From sequence record PZ871096.1: a stretch of DNA of 50,355 nt. One strand, given 5' to 3'. Numbering within the stretch: the first letter of the stretch is position 1; each line of letters opens with the position of its first letter. The translations under genes and the position numbers were made by a program. Source of the DNA: a phage. The notes under the pieces are model-generated. The model worked only from the letters and a program-made list of their open reading frames with translations. It was not told the origin of the DNA and did no database searches. Below are positions 39,639-47,745 of this stretch, in pieces.

Positions 39639-39848
39639 TCAGATACGCCCATACAGATCGCAAACTTCATTGATAAAACAGCGTTGAGACTCTTTATCCT
39701 GCTTCTCAAAAATTGCGCGGCATTCAAACTTAAGATTATGCACGATGACTACAACCATATTTTCAGGCATTGAGCGGTTATAGCGTCGCGCGTCAGTGAT
39801 TAAAACATCCATACCCATCTCACGGGCTTTCTTGATCACATCCAACAT
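39639..39848 (-). CDS. hypothetical protein
   Basis: ORF-track frame 39639-39872; ATG 39848 with AGGAG SD. Confidence 0.4.
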   Translation of the reverse strand: MLDVIKKAREMGMDVLITDARRYNRSMPENMVVVIVHNLKFECRAIFEKQDKESQRCFINEVCDLYGRI

Positions 39849-40102
39849 TTTTTCTTCTCCTGCAATAAGCAAACATCATTGATAAAATCAGCACGGCCCT
39901 TAATGTTGCTGATGTGGAACGTCTTTTCAGCGTACAGGCCATCACCTTCAATCACGATCATTACGCGAGTCGGTTTATTCACGGGCGCACACGAAAAGAG
40001 TGGTCGCGCCGGAAGAAATTTAGTGGTCACATCCAGGTTAGCCCTGGCGGCCCTGCAAAACGCCTCCGCCAGATCCAAATCATTTTCGGTAATCACCGCC
40101 AT
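39836..40102 (-). CDS. hypothetical protein
   Basis: 88 aa; TAATG overlap with upstream gene. Confidence 0.4.
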   Translation of the reverse strand: MAVITENDLDLAEAFCRAARANLDVTTKFLPARPLFSCAPVNKPTRVMIVIEGDGLYAEKTFHISNIKGRADFINDVCLLQEKKKCWM

Positions 40103-40374
40103 TACTTTTTGATCTCCTTACTGATAAATTTCAGCACCTGGCGCAAGAAAACTTCGTTGTTGATAGTCGCTGGCAATTCTTCTTTCACTTCTTGCGGCAG
40201 ATAGATATTGCCGTGCCAGGTCAAGCAATCGTAGTTGATACGATAAGAGCAAAGCCACTCGCAATCGTTATCTGCTTCCCAAATGCAGAGTTGCAGAACA
40301 TCGCCAAAATCTTCAACAGTCAGATCCAGACCGTGACGCTTAGCGAAATTGAAAGTGGTTTTGCTGATGTTCAT
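40102..40374 (-). CDS. hypothetical protein (first gene of leftward early operon)
   Basis: 90 aa; AGGAGA SD 6 nt upstream. Confidence 0.45.
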   Translation of the reverse strand: MNISKTTFNFAKRHGLDLTVEDFGDVLQLCIWEADNDCEWLCSYRINYDCLTWHGNIYLPQEVKEELPATINNEVFLRQVLKFISKEIKK

Positions 40375-40409
40375 TTAATATCTCCTGAGCGGTTCGTTTC
40401 GATGTGTGT

Positions 40410-40453
40410 AATGTACCCGATCAGGTGGCCTGAGTTTTAACAAAAAGTGCTAT
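40410..40453 (-). promoter_or_regulatory. conserved-box promoter heading the leftward operon
   Basis: minus strand ATAGCACTTTTTGTTAAAAC, 18-nt spacer, TACATT. Confidence 0.45.
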
Positions 40454-40460
40454 TTGACGG

Positions 40461-40575
40461 TTATCGCCAGGATTGCGATAGAAATAATCAAAAGTAATCA
40501 TTCGTAATCAAATCACGTCAAAATGATGATTGCCTTTGCAAATTTGATGAGAAAAGTAATCACGTTTAATCATTG
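40461..40575. repeat. palindrome TATCGC-N7-GCGATA plus five TAATCA repeats (iteron/operator-like)
   Basis: TAATCA at 40486, 40495, 40505, 40558, 40567; AATCACG twice. Confidence 0.5.
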
Positions 40576-40736
40576 GTTGCAGGGGAGATAGTGAAACCTT
40601 CCCCTCTTGCCTCACTTTTCCGCCTGGCTGTCAGTGGTTGTTATGTTCCGTTCCCGCCTGTTCTTTTGTTGACCTTCCGCAAAATACGATAACAAAAAAT
40701 AACAAACAGTACCTATATAATACATTGAAAAATAAG

Positions 40737-40990
40737 GATTATTTATTTATATGTATCTATATATTCTCTTTTGTTATCTTGGTTATTGTGGTATTTGGTG
40801 GGGGTATATAGTTTTTGTGTATCTGTATGTGTGTGTGGGTATGTATGGGCATATATATCTATATGGCACTTTCCGCGAGAAAACTTCGATAACAGGCAAT
40901 GATAACATTGATTTATAAGGAAAAATAACGCCCATATTGTTATTGTGCCACCATATAAAATTGATAAAACACGCGGGAACAAGAAAAAAC
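40737..40990. repeat. AT-rich TG/TA-repeat element, copy B (homologous to 21238-21400)
   Basis: same blocks as copy A in the same order, same strand. Confidence 0.6.
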
Positions 40991-40992
40991 AG

Positions 40993-41021
40993 TTGACACA
41001 TTAAATAGCATTATTGATAAT
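40993..41021 (+). promoter_or_regulatory. strong sigma70-type promoter for rightward operon
   Basis: TTGACA (40993-40998), 17-nt spacer, GATAAT (41016-41021); spacer contains a degenerate copy of the conserved box (ATAGCATTATTGATAATG). Confidence 0.6.
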
Positions 41022-41050
41022 GCCCACACCTAACAACCAGGAGGTAGAAA

Positions 41051-41515
41051 ATGAGCGAGCAATCATTCACTGACACGCTGCGCCGTGCCGCTATTATGCT
41101 GGCTAATGGCGAGGAAGAGACGATCAAGATTCCTGACGCGTATTTGCAGGTCCACATGTTCGGCAAGAAGTCGGCAAGCAATCCTGCGGCCTACATTCGC
41201 CAGATCATGAGTCGAGTGCCAGAAGTCGCCGAGCGGGGGCGCGTATCCGTTACCCGTGGCGTTTACGGGCCGGAAGATGAAAACTTCGGTAGCACTTTCT
41301 ACGAGGTGCGGATTGTTGAAGGCCGTCGCAAGGTTTACAACAAAGAAGCACTGGAAAGGGCAGTGCGCCAGGCTAAGCGCAAGGTTGCAGAGGCGATCAT
41401 TGATATGTCACCAAACCTGGCAAACTATGCGCCGGAAGAGTACGAAACATTATCAAAGGCCGTCGCTGACTTTCACGCGATGATCAAAAAAACTTTCCTG
41501 GATGATGAGCAATGA
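41051..41515 (+). CDS. hypothetical protein
   Basis: 154 aa; SD AGGAGG. Confidence 0.5.
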   Translation: MSEQSFTDTLRRAAIMLANGEEETIKIPDAYLQVHMFGKKSASNPAAYIRQIMSRVPEVAERGRVSVTRGVYGPEDENFGSTFYEVRIVEGRRKVYNKEALERAVRQAKRKVAEAIIDMSPNLANYAPEEYETLSKAVADFHAMIKKTFLDDEQ

Positions 41516-41784
41516 AAAAGGCATTAATCAGCGTTTTGGCGGCAATGGCATTCCTGACCGGATGCAAAGAAGATGGCGCGCATGTTGGCAATGTGCAGAT
41601 GGCTAACCCTGGCGATGACTACAGCGTAAGGGAGCTATTCACCGCTGACGGTTGCACCGTTTACCGATTCTATGACGATCGCACTGTTTACTTCACCAAC
41701 TGCAAGGGCGCTACTAGCTGGGAAGTGTCGAAAAGCAATGGCAAAGGCACGAAGACAGAACATATGACCGTCGAGACAAAATAG
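41512..41784 (+). CDS. lipoprotein (second lipobox protein in genome)
   Basis: 90 aa; signal peptide and lipobox MKKALISVLAAMAFLTG|C. Confidence 0.55.
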   Translation: MKKALISVLAAMAFLTGCKEDGAHVGNVQMANPGDDYSVRELFTADGCTVYRFYDDRTVYFTNCKGATSWEVSKSNGKGTKTEHMTVETK

Positions 41785-41824
41785 CACTTTTTGTTAAAAC
41801 GCCAGGCGCGAAGCCTGGCATAAT
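41781..41824 (+). promoter_or_regulatory. conserved-box promoter
   Basis: ATAGCACTTTTTGTTAAAAC, spacer hairpin GCCAGGC-gcgaa-GCCTGGC, CATAAT. Confidence 0.5.
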
Positions 41825-41856
41825 AGCCTCATCGAAACGAGATTGAGGAAACAAAA

Positions 41857-42042
41857 ATGGCACGTCGCATCACCAAAGACCTTAAAGTCCTGAACAAAGA
41901 AAACGTAGTTAAAATCCTGGTTATCTGGGGCTACAACGAAGAAACAGCAAAGCAGAAGGTAGAGGCAGGTTATGACCTGGCTGTAAAAGCAATGCCAAAC
42001 GACGACGCCAAAGGCATTGCAAACTATGTAGCGTTCTTTTAA
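41857..42042 (+). CDS. hypothetical small protein
   Basis: 61 aa; SD GAGGA. Confidence 0.45.
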   Translation: MARRITKDLKVLNKENVVKILVIWGYNEETAKQKVEAGYDLAVKAMPNDDAKGIANYVAFF

Positions 42043-42057
42043 TTAGCGGGTGAATAA

Positions 42058-42243
42058 ATGAAAACGAAATTAGTCCATAAATCAGAAATCAAGATCGGCG
42101 ATACTGTGATTCACAACGGCGAGCTTAGAACGGTTGGCAAAGAGTCAATAAGCCACGATGAATTTATGGGGATCTTGTTGTTCGGTGACTCTTATCGTCT
42201 TGGTTACAAGATGGTTGAGCTTGTGGAAGAGGTAAAATTCTAA
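42058..42243 (+). CDS. hypothetical small protein
   Basis: 61 aa ORF. Confidence 0.45.
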   Translation: MKTKLVHKSEIKIGDTVIHNGELRTVGKESISHDEFMGILLFGDSYRLGYKMVELVEEVKF

Positions 42244-42287
42244 ATAGCACTTTTTGTTAAAACTCAAAAACGATAACCAGGCATAAT
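42244..42287 (+). promoter_or_regulatory. conserved-box promoter driving a long GC-rich leader
   Basis: ATAGCACTTTTTGTTAAAAC, 18-nt spacer, CATAAT (42282-42287). Confidence 0.5.
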
Positions 42288-42293
42288 ACACAC

Positions 42294-42489
42294 ATAGACG
42301 GGCGGCAAGGATTGCTGCGGGAGAGGAGCGACGCAGGGGCTTGATCGAAGTGTCAGGATTCCCAACCGTGAGGCCAGAACTATCACACTCGCCACCAGGC
42401 AGAACGCTAGATAGGTCACTGAGCTGAGGCTGCCGACGAAGTGAAGCCCGTCACCAAAGATTAAACGGTTATTTATGTGAAAGGGGTTA
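42294..42489 (+). other. GC-rich ~195-nt untranslated leader, candidate structured RNA element
   Basis: no ORF with SD in any + frame; long-range complementarity GACGGGC (42297-42303) / GCCCGTC (42446-42452); local stem CTGCG/CGCAG. Confidence 0.35.
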
Positions 42490-42672
42490 ATGATGGATAA
42501 GATCATCAAAATGAGCGAAGTCAAGCCGGGAATGATGGTTAAGTTTGCTGGCAAATATCGCCTAGTGCTGGATAACTGCCGCAAAGAGAACATTCTTACA
42601 ATTCGTGTAAATGGCAAGGCGCAGCTATTCGCCCCTAACGCAGATATTGACGTTGAAGTTAGAATTAAGTAA
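42490..42672 (+). CDS. hypothetical small protein
   Basis: 60 aa ORF. Confidence 0.45.
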   Translation: MMDKIIKMSEVKPGMMVKFAGKYRLVLDNCRKENILTIRVNGKAQLFAPNADIDVEVRIK

Positions 42673-42687
42673 TTAGGAGAAATCACC

Positions 42688-43581
42688 ATGTTAAAACTTG
42701 CTGACATTAAATTCCCGATCACCTTCGAATCTCGCGGCATTGGTCATTACATTTTTACCGATGAAAAAACATGCCATAAGGTTGATATGAATAGCGACAA
42801 ACTAAGCCCATCAGACATGGAGATTGAACACTTTATTGATGCGCACAATACGCAGTACAACGCACTTAAAGACTATGGCTATGCAATGCCAGGATATACC
42901 AGCTTCCACTACAAGCCATATAAAGGCCAGGTGTTGCCAGTGCGCTCACCGGAACGCGCAGAGATTCCGATGGTCGAGATGAAAACATGCGACTATAAAA
43001 AGCTGTGGTGCTTAAGTGTTGACAATATCAAGTATCCGATCACGTTCTACACGGTTGGTAATTCAACGATTCGCTTCACATCGCGCGACAATGGCGTTTA
43101 TAGCGATGGTCAGAAATCAGAGTTGAAAGTTGATTTCTTTGTCAACGGTCACAATAGATACAATCCGCACAACGAAAAAGATAAAGTGTATTACGTGGAA
43201 GATATTACAAAACACTTGTTTGGAGAAACTCCATTCGGCGGCGGTAAGACGTCAATTCAAAAAATCATTGGCGATGAGATCCACAAAGCGGCTGCCGAAA
43301 TGAAAGCGCCTGGAGGCTGGCGCATTGACAAGAGCGCATTTGCAAATCAAGAAATCGTAACGCAGGGCGCAATTGAAGATATGCCAGTTGCAGCCACTCT
43401 AAAAGGAGTCCGGCTTGATGACGGCACCTGGTATGAAGTAACGGCTACGCCAAAGACGATCGAGATTCATGATGACGTTGTTATCCTTCTGCTTCACTAC
43501 GGCGGCTATAAAAACCGGACGATTGCAGGTGAGATCAGCATTAAGCGCGGAACGATGGTTAAGTGGAAGGTCAAAGTGTAA
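42688..43581 (+). CDS. hypothetical protein with internal repeat
   Basis: 297 aa; SD AGGAG; repeated segment IKFPITFESRG / IKYPITFYTVG. Confidence 0.5.
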   Translation: MLKLADIKFPITFESRGIGHYIFTDEKTCHKVDMNSDKLSPSDMEIEHFIDAHNTQYNALKDYGYAMPGYTSFHYKPYKGQVLPVRSPERAEIPMVEMKTCDYKKLWCLSVDNIKYPITFYTVGNSTIRFTSRDNGVYSDGQKSELKVDFFVNGHNRYNPHNEKDKVYYVEDITKHLFGETPFGGGKTSIQKIIGDEIHKAAAEMKAPGGWRIDKSAFANQEIVTQGAIEDMPVAATLKGVRLDDGTWYEVTATPKTIEIHDDVVILLLHYGGYKNRTIAGEISIKRGTMVKWKVKV

Positions 43582-43625
43582 ATAGCACGAATTGTTAAAA
43601 CTCAAATGTGGGGCCAGGTATAATG
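43582..43625 (+). promoter_or_regulatory. conserved-box promoter (box variant ATAGCACGAATTGTTAAAAC)
   Basis: TATAAT in loop of hairpin GGGCC...GGCCC. Confidence 0.5.
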
Positions 43626-43654
43626 GCCCTACTTTCAACGAAGGAGATAAAACG

Positions 43655-43876
43655 ATGTACATTAAAAAGAAGATGAAATGCGTTTCCGTTAACTATGCTT
43701 GCTCTGGTATGTTCAAGCCTGGCGAAATCTATACGGCGCAAAAACTGAAATCATCAACCGGATCTTTTTACGTGAGCAATAGCAAGGGGCATCGCATGTT
43801 CCTGAACGGCGGCGAAGGCACTAAGGTTATGGCGCACGCTATGGTAATGGCTGAATTTGAGGAAGTGAAACAATGA
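43655..43876 (+). CDS. hypothetical small protein (tandem paralog 1)
   Basis: ORF-track frame 43592-43876; ATG 43655 with AAGGAG SD; similar to next ORF (F-PG-Y...FLNGG-GT...AEFE). Confidence 0.5.
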   Translation: MYIKKKMKCVSVNYACSGMFKPGEIYTAQKLKSSTGSFYVSNSKGHRMFLNGGEGTKVMAHAMVMAEFEEVKQ

Positions 43877-44118
43877 TCATTGAAAACAATTTTCTTTGCG
43901 TTAAGAGCAATAGACCATTCTTCACGCCTGGCAAGGTGTACCAGGGCAAGAAGGACACAAGAGATGGTCACTCTTATTATGTTCACTGCAACAACGGATA
44001 CAAGTTTTACCTTAACGGCGAGAATGGAACAGAGATCGTTGCGTTTGAAAATGTAGTTGCCGAGTTTGAGCAGATTACAGACGCGGAATTTGAGGAAGTG
44101 AAAGATGAAAACAAATAA
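43873..44118 (+). CDS. hypothetical small protein (tandem paralog 2)
   Basis: 81 aa; ATGA overlap. Confidence 0.5.
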   Translation: MIIENNFLCVKSNRPFFTPGKVYQGKKDTRDGHSYYVHCNNGYKFYLNGENGTEIVAFENVVAEFEQITDAEFEEVKDENK

Positions 44119-44326
44119 GCGCGTCAAGCACAGGTTTACTGATAACCACGGCGACGCGATTGATGTATACAAGTTTGGCGATCGAGTTTTTATTGATGGC
44201 ACGTTTGAAGGTGGGCGTAGGCCGGATTTTAGGTCGATACTTACCGTTGACCAAGTGCGCAAGCTGGCAGATAAGTTAAATGATCTGGCAGATGAAATAG
44301 AATACAAGCAAATCCATTTTAATTGA
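44105..44326 (+). CDS. hypothetical protein
   Basis: 73 aa ORF. Confidence 0.45.
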   Translation: MKTNKRVKHRFTDNHGDAIDVYKFGDRVFIDGTFEGGRRPDFRSILTVDQVRKLADKLNDLADEIEYKQIHFN

Positions 44327-44337
44327 TAGGTTTTATA

Positions 44338-44874
44338 ATGAAAAAATACACTTTCGAACTATGGGGCAAGAAGTACGAATTAATGACCAGCAAGCCGATT
44401 GTTATCGTTGATCTCGACGGCACACTATCGGACGGATCGCATCGCTTGCACTTGCTGCCAACTGAAAACTTGCACCTTACGGAATCGTGGCGCGAGTTTA
44501 ACAGGGCCGCCGCCGGAGATTCACCGATTAAAAGCACGATCGCGGTTATTAACGGTTTATGGGTGTCGGGATTTGCCATCGTCATCTTGACCGGACGCAG
44601 CGACGAGGTTCGCTATGAAACCTTCAAATGGTTGAATGAGAACGGCGTGAAGTTTGACGAAATCATCATGCGCCGCCAGGAGGACAATCGAAAGGATACG
44701 GTTATTAAAGAAGAAGCCTTGCGCGCTATTGGCCTGGACAACATTGTTTGCGCCTTTGACGATTCGCCTAACGTGGTTAAGCACTTCCGCAGCTTGGGGA
44801 TCACAACCTATCAGGTCACGGAATACGACAAGCCACACGCTCACATACAATCTCACGGCGTGGAGAAATTATAG
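44338..44874 (+). CDS. HAD-superfamily phosphatase (polynucleotide 3'-phosphatase-like)
   Basis: ORF-track frame 44323-44874; ATG 44338; motif I IVIVDLDGTLSDG, C-terminal AFDDSPN. Confidence 0.6.
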   Translation: MKKYTFELWGKKYELMTSKPIVIVDLDGTLSDGSHRLHLLPTENLHLTESWREFNRAAAGDSPIKSTIAVINGLWVSGFAIVILTGRSDEVRYETFKWLNENGVKFDEIIMRRQEDNRKDTVIKEEALRAIGLDNIVCAFDDSPNVVKHFRSLGITTYQVTEYDKPHAHIQSHGVEKL

Positions 44875-45066
44875 ATGGCTGACTTTATGCATCAAATGAT
44901 TGTTGTATTTAAGGGCAGTGAAGATGAAGAGGTTCGCGAATGCTTCACCATTGAGAAATCATACAGCGCATCTTTAACCAGTTTTGGCAACATATCTATG
45001 ATTGATGATAATGGCGATCCGTGGATTTTTGAAGATGATACGGATTGCTTTGAGATTAAAGAATAG
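44875..45066 (+). CDS. hypothetical acidic small protein
   Basis: 63 aa; SD GGAG. Confidence 0.45.
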   Translation: MADFMHQMIVVFKGSEDEEVRECFTIEKSYSASLTSFGNISMIDDNGDPWIFEDDTDCFEIKE

Positions 45067-45106
45067 CACTTTTTGCAAAAACAGATTATCGGGCTTGCGG
45101 TATAGT
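45063..45106 (+). promoter_or_regulatory. conserved-box promoter
   Basis: ATAGCACTTTTTGCAAAAAC, hairpin GGGCTT...AAGCCC with TATAGT in loop. Confidence 0.5.
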
Positions 45107-45137
45107 AAGCCCATCGACAACGAAAGAGGAAACGGCG

Positions 45138-45437
45138 ATGTTAGTACGCAATGCGATTTATAAATTCACAAACGAGATGGGGGTTCACCTTTACCACGTA
45201 AACCATCAAGGCAACACCTCAATCGCGATGTATCGCGACGCTCGCGGGAAGTGTAGGCCTTCTCTGCGTGGCAGAATTTCTCCTGCGTTCTTCATGTTTA
45301 GATGGCATGCAACAGAACAAAGCAACCATAACCATTGGAATAAAGTATTGATTGCAGGAGGCCGAATTGTTGCCAGTCACGTAGTCGATCCGCGCAAACT
45401 AACCAGCCGCCAGCTTCGCAAAATGGCGCGCAAATAG
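45138..45437 (+). CDS. hypothetical basic protein
   Basis: 99 aa ORF. Confidence 0.45.
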   Translation: MLVRNAIYKFTNEMGVHLYHVNHQGNTSIAMYRDARGKCRPSLRGRISPAFFMFRWHATEQSNHNHWNKVLIAGGRIVASHVVDPRKLTSRQLRKMARK

Positions 45438-45477
45438 CACTTTTTGTTAAAATCAACTTTACGGCCTGCGGTATAGT
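45434..45477 (+). promoter_or_regulatory. conserved-box promoter
   Basis: ATAGCACTTTTTGTTAAAAT, hairpin GGCCT...AGGCC with TATAGT in loop. Confidence 0.5.
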
Positions 45478-45508
45478 AGGCCCATCAACAATAAACGAGG
45501 ATTAAATC

Positions 45509-45772
45509 ATGGCTAACAAGATCGAATTTTTTAAAGCGGTAGACATTATCGACGGCGCGCCTAGCTTCTTCGCTATCCATTCTATTGACGGCAAGGATAT
45601 TGGGTACAACGTTATCCGTCGAGATGGAATCTCAAAACTTAGTGACCTGGTAGGCCATATTGTGTCAATCGGGAAATGCGCATGGCCCGATTCGCCACGA
45701 GAGCCGCGCCGCCGCGACATGATTAATCCTGAATTGCTTTACACGCTGGTAGTAGAGGGAGAAAATAAATGA
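45509..45772 (+). CDS. hypothetical protein
   Basis: 87 aa; SD GAGGA. Confidence 0.45.
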   Translation: MANKIEFFKAVDIIDGAPSFFAIHSIDGKDIGYNVIRRDGISKLSDLVGHIVSIGKCAWPDSPREPRRRDMINPELLYTLVVEGENK

Positions 45773-45954
45773 TTTGGTTACTTGCTTTTTTGGTTGTTTT
45801 TCTTTACATTTCAGGCTTGTTTACGTTTCGCGCGTTGGTGAAATATTCTGACGCGACAGACAAAGACGATAAAATCGTTCTCGCTTTCTGGTTTGTTTGG
45901 GTGTGGTTAGCAATTTACGAGATCATCAGAGACAAACAGAAATTTGAGTGGTGA
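45769..45954 (+). CDS. small membrane protein (two predicted TM helices)
   Basis: 61 aa; hydrophobic segments LLAFLVVFLYISGLF and IVLAFWFVWVWLAIY. Confidence 0.45.
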   Translation: MIWLLAFLVVFLYISGLFTFRALVKYSDATDKDDKIVLAFWFVWVWLAIYEIIRDKQKFEW

Positions 45955-46013
45955 TTCTTGCTATGGCGCATTCATGCAGTGCGCCATGTTGAGAAAACCT
46001 AAAGGGGGAAATG

Positions 46014-46154
46014 ATGCGTAACTTTGAAAAAATCATTACCAAAAAGAAGCGTCGCGGATACGATGAGCATGTAGAGTTTGTGAACAAGCAACGCAAGAAG
46101 CGCCATAGACGCGAAATGCTGCATAATATCAACTCACGCTATGGAGAAAAATAA
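46014..46154 (+). CDS. small basic protein (46 aa, below ORF-track threshold)
   Basis: hand translation MRNFEKIITKKKRRGYDEHVEFVNKQRKKRHRREMLHNINSRYGEK; SD AAGGGGG 5 nt upstream; stop abuts next start. Confidence 0.4.
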   Translation: MRNFEKIITKKKRRGYDEHVEFVNKQRKKRHRREMLHNINSRYGEK

Positions 46155-46346
46155 ATGCAATTGCCACCATTTAACGAAAAAAGCGAAGAGATTGCAAAAA
46201 CTGCAAGTCACCTTCGAGAGCTTGCCGATATGATAGAGCGCGGTCAGGTTATGATTGTCAATATGACGATTAAAAGCGAGAATAGAAATTTCAAGGTTTT
46301 AAGCGAGACAACAGAAATTACTGTGTTGAAAGCAAGGGGAGAATAA
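46155..46346 (+). CDS. hypothetical protein
   Basis: 63 aa ORF. Confidence 0.4.
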   Translation: MQLPPFNEKSEEIAKTASHLRELADMIERGQVMIVNMTIKSENRNFKVLSETTEITVLKARGE

Positions 46347-46348
46347 TC

Positions 46349-46939
46349 ATGAAACGAGACATTATTATCCTTAATGGGCCGCCTGGTTGTGGAAAGGACA
46401 CTATTGCAGCTTACCTAACGGGCCATCGTTACCCAGCGGTTAAGGCATCATTCAAGCAACCTATGTTCGACATTGCTTTTTCTATGCTTGGCCCGACTCG
46501 ATACGATGAATTTATGGACCTGTACAACGACCGAGAGCAAAAAGAAAAGCCTCAAGTTATCTTAGGCGGCAAGTCACCTCGACAATTCATGATCTGGATT
46601 AGCGAGGATGTAATGAAGCCAGTTTTTGGGGATCACTATTTCGGGCGTCGAATGGTTGAAGAGATTCACGAGATGTACCGAGATTTGGCGGTTGTGATCA
46701 GTGATGGCGGATTCCCCGAAGAAATCAAGCCGCTCGTTAAGGCGGGGCATGAGGTGCATATTTGCCGATTGCATCGCGACGGCTTCACGTTTGCTGGCGA
46801 TTCGAGAGACTATATTGACCTGAGCGGTTATCACTATCGAATCCACCACTATGATTTCCACTTGCAGGACGGCAAGCCGGAACTGGCTGTAAGCGAGATC
46901 GTCAATGCAGTCAAATGGAAGCACACACAGATTAAATAG
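46349..46939 (+). CDS. P-loop nucleotide kinase (T4 dNMP-kinase-like)
   Basis: 196 aa; N-terminal Walker A ILNGPPGCGKDT resembling the SGKDT loop of phage dNMP kinases. Confidence 0.5.
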   Translation: MKRDIIILNGPPGCGKDTIAAYLTGHRYPAVKASFKQPMFDIAFSMLGPTRYDEFMDLYNDREQKEKPQVILGGKSPRQFMIWISEDVMKPVFGDHYFGRRMVEEIHEMYRDLAVVISDGGFPEEIKPLVKAGHEVHICRLHRDGFTFAGDSRDYIDLSGYHYRIHHYDFHLQDGKPELAVSEIVNAVKWKHTQIK

Positions 46940-46979
46940 CACGAATTGCTAAACGCGGGGTTATCGGCCCCGCTATAAT
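46936..46979 (+). promoter_or_regulatory. conserved-box promoter (box variant ATAGCACGAATTGCTAAAC)
   Basis: hairpin GCGGGG...CCCCGC then TATAAT. Confidence 0.5.
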
Positions 46980-47009
46980 GCTCACATCAACAATCAAGAG
47001 GAAATCACA

Positions 47010-47390
47010 ATGGTTAACATCAGAAAAATTCGCGTCGGCACTAAATTCTTAGTTACTTACGCAATTCCAGATAGCGGAATGAAGAAGGGCCAGATTGTTA
47101 AGGTTGATAGCAAAAGATTCGGAATCCCTGGTATCAATGGCTATCTAATCAATAGAGATCTTGGATTCGACGGATTCGCTATCCGTGCGCTTGAGGGTAT
47201 TGTTGCCACGCTTAAACGAATCACTAATCATCGCGGCTGCCCAATCAAGACGATTAAAGCGCCAATAAATTACGGCAAACTGGATAATCGTCGAATCCGC
47301 CGCCTGGCGCGTAACGCGTTAAAATTCCGTGGCGTAGGCGATGATTTCTACTATGGATACAAGAGGATTGCGCGCAATGCTGGGAAATAA
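47010..47390 (+). CDS. hypothetical protein
   Basis: 126 aa ORF. Confidence 0.45.
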   Translation: MVNIRKIRVGTKFLVTYAIPDSGMKKGQIVKVDSKRFGIPGINGYLINRDLGFDGFAIRALEGIVATLKRITNHRGCPIKTIKAPINYGKLDNRRIRRLARNALKFRGVGDDFYYGYKRIARNAGK

Positions 47391-47489
47391 CAATAACGCA
47401 ACGAATCCTAAGCCACCTTTTGATTTTCATTCCGCAATGATTGCGGTATTATCAATGCTACTTTTTCTTTATAGCATGAGGGCGCTACT

Positions 47490-47738
47490 ATGGTTTTTAA
47501 CGCATTGAAACGACTGTTTAAGCCGGAATACCGGATCGTATTTTGCCGCGACTGTTCTACTTATCATGTGCAGCGACGCAGCTTAGGCGGCAATTGGCAC
47601 TATGTTACAGATGACTTTTTCGGCATCATTGCCACTGAATTTAAGTATTACAGTGATGCTTATATGTACGTGAAGAAGCGCCACCGCTTACGCAAGTGTC
47701 GTTTTTCCGTGCTGATTCACGTTAATGATTGTTACTGA
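47490..47738 (+). CDS. hypothetical Cys-containing protein
   Basis: 82 aa; SD GAGGG. Confidence 0.45.
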   Translation: MVFNALKRLFKPEYRIVFCRDCSTYHVQRRSLGGNWHYVTDDFFGIIATEFKYYSDAYMYVKKRHRLRKCRFSVLIHVNDCY

Positions 47739-47745
47739 GGTGAAA

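Noticed and set aside
42294-42489. tRNA or tmRNA in the GC-rich leader
   Set aside because: No T-loop GTTC-type motif; the only acceptor-like complementary arms are about 150 nt apart; no cloverleaf could be drawn by hand. Kept as a structured-leader candidate instead.
42264-42740. 158-aa minus-strand ORF spanning the GC-rich leader
   Set aside because: Antisense to two forward genes and to a promoter-driven leader; low-complexity; no SD. The region is interpreted as a forward-strand leader instead.
43768-44307. 179-aa minus-strand ORF
   Set aside because: Antisense across three compact forward genes that each have SDs and coupling overlaps.
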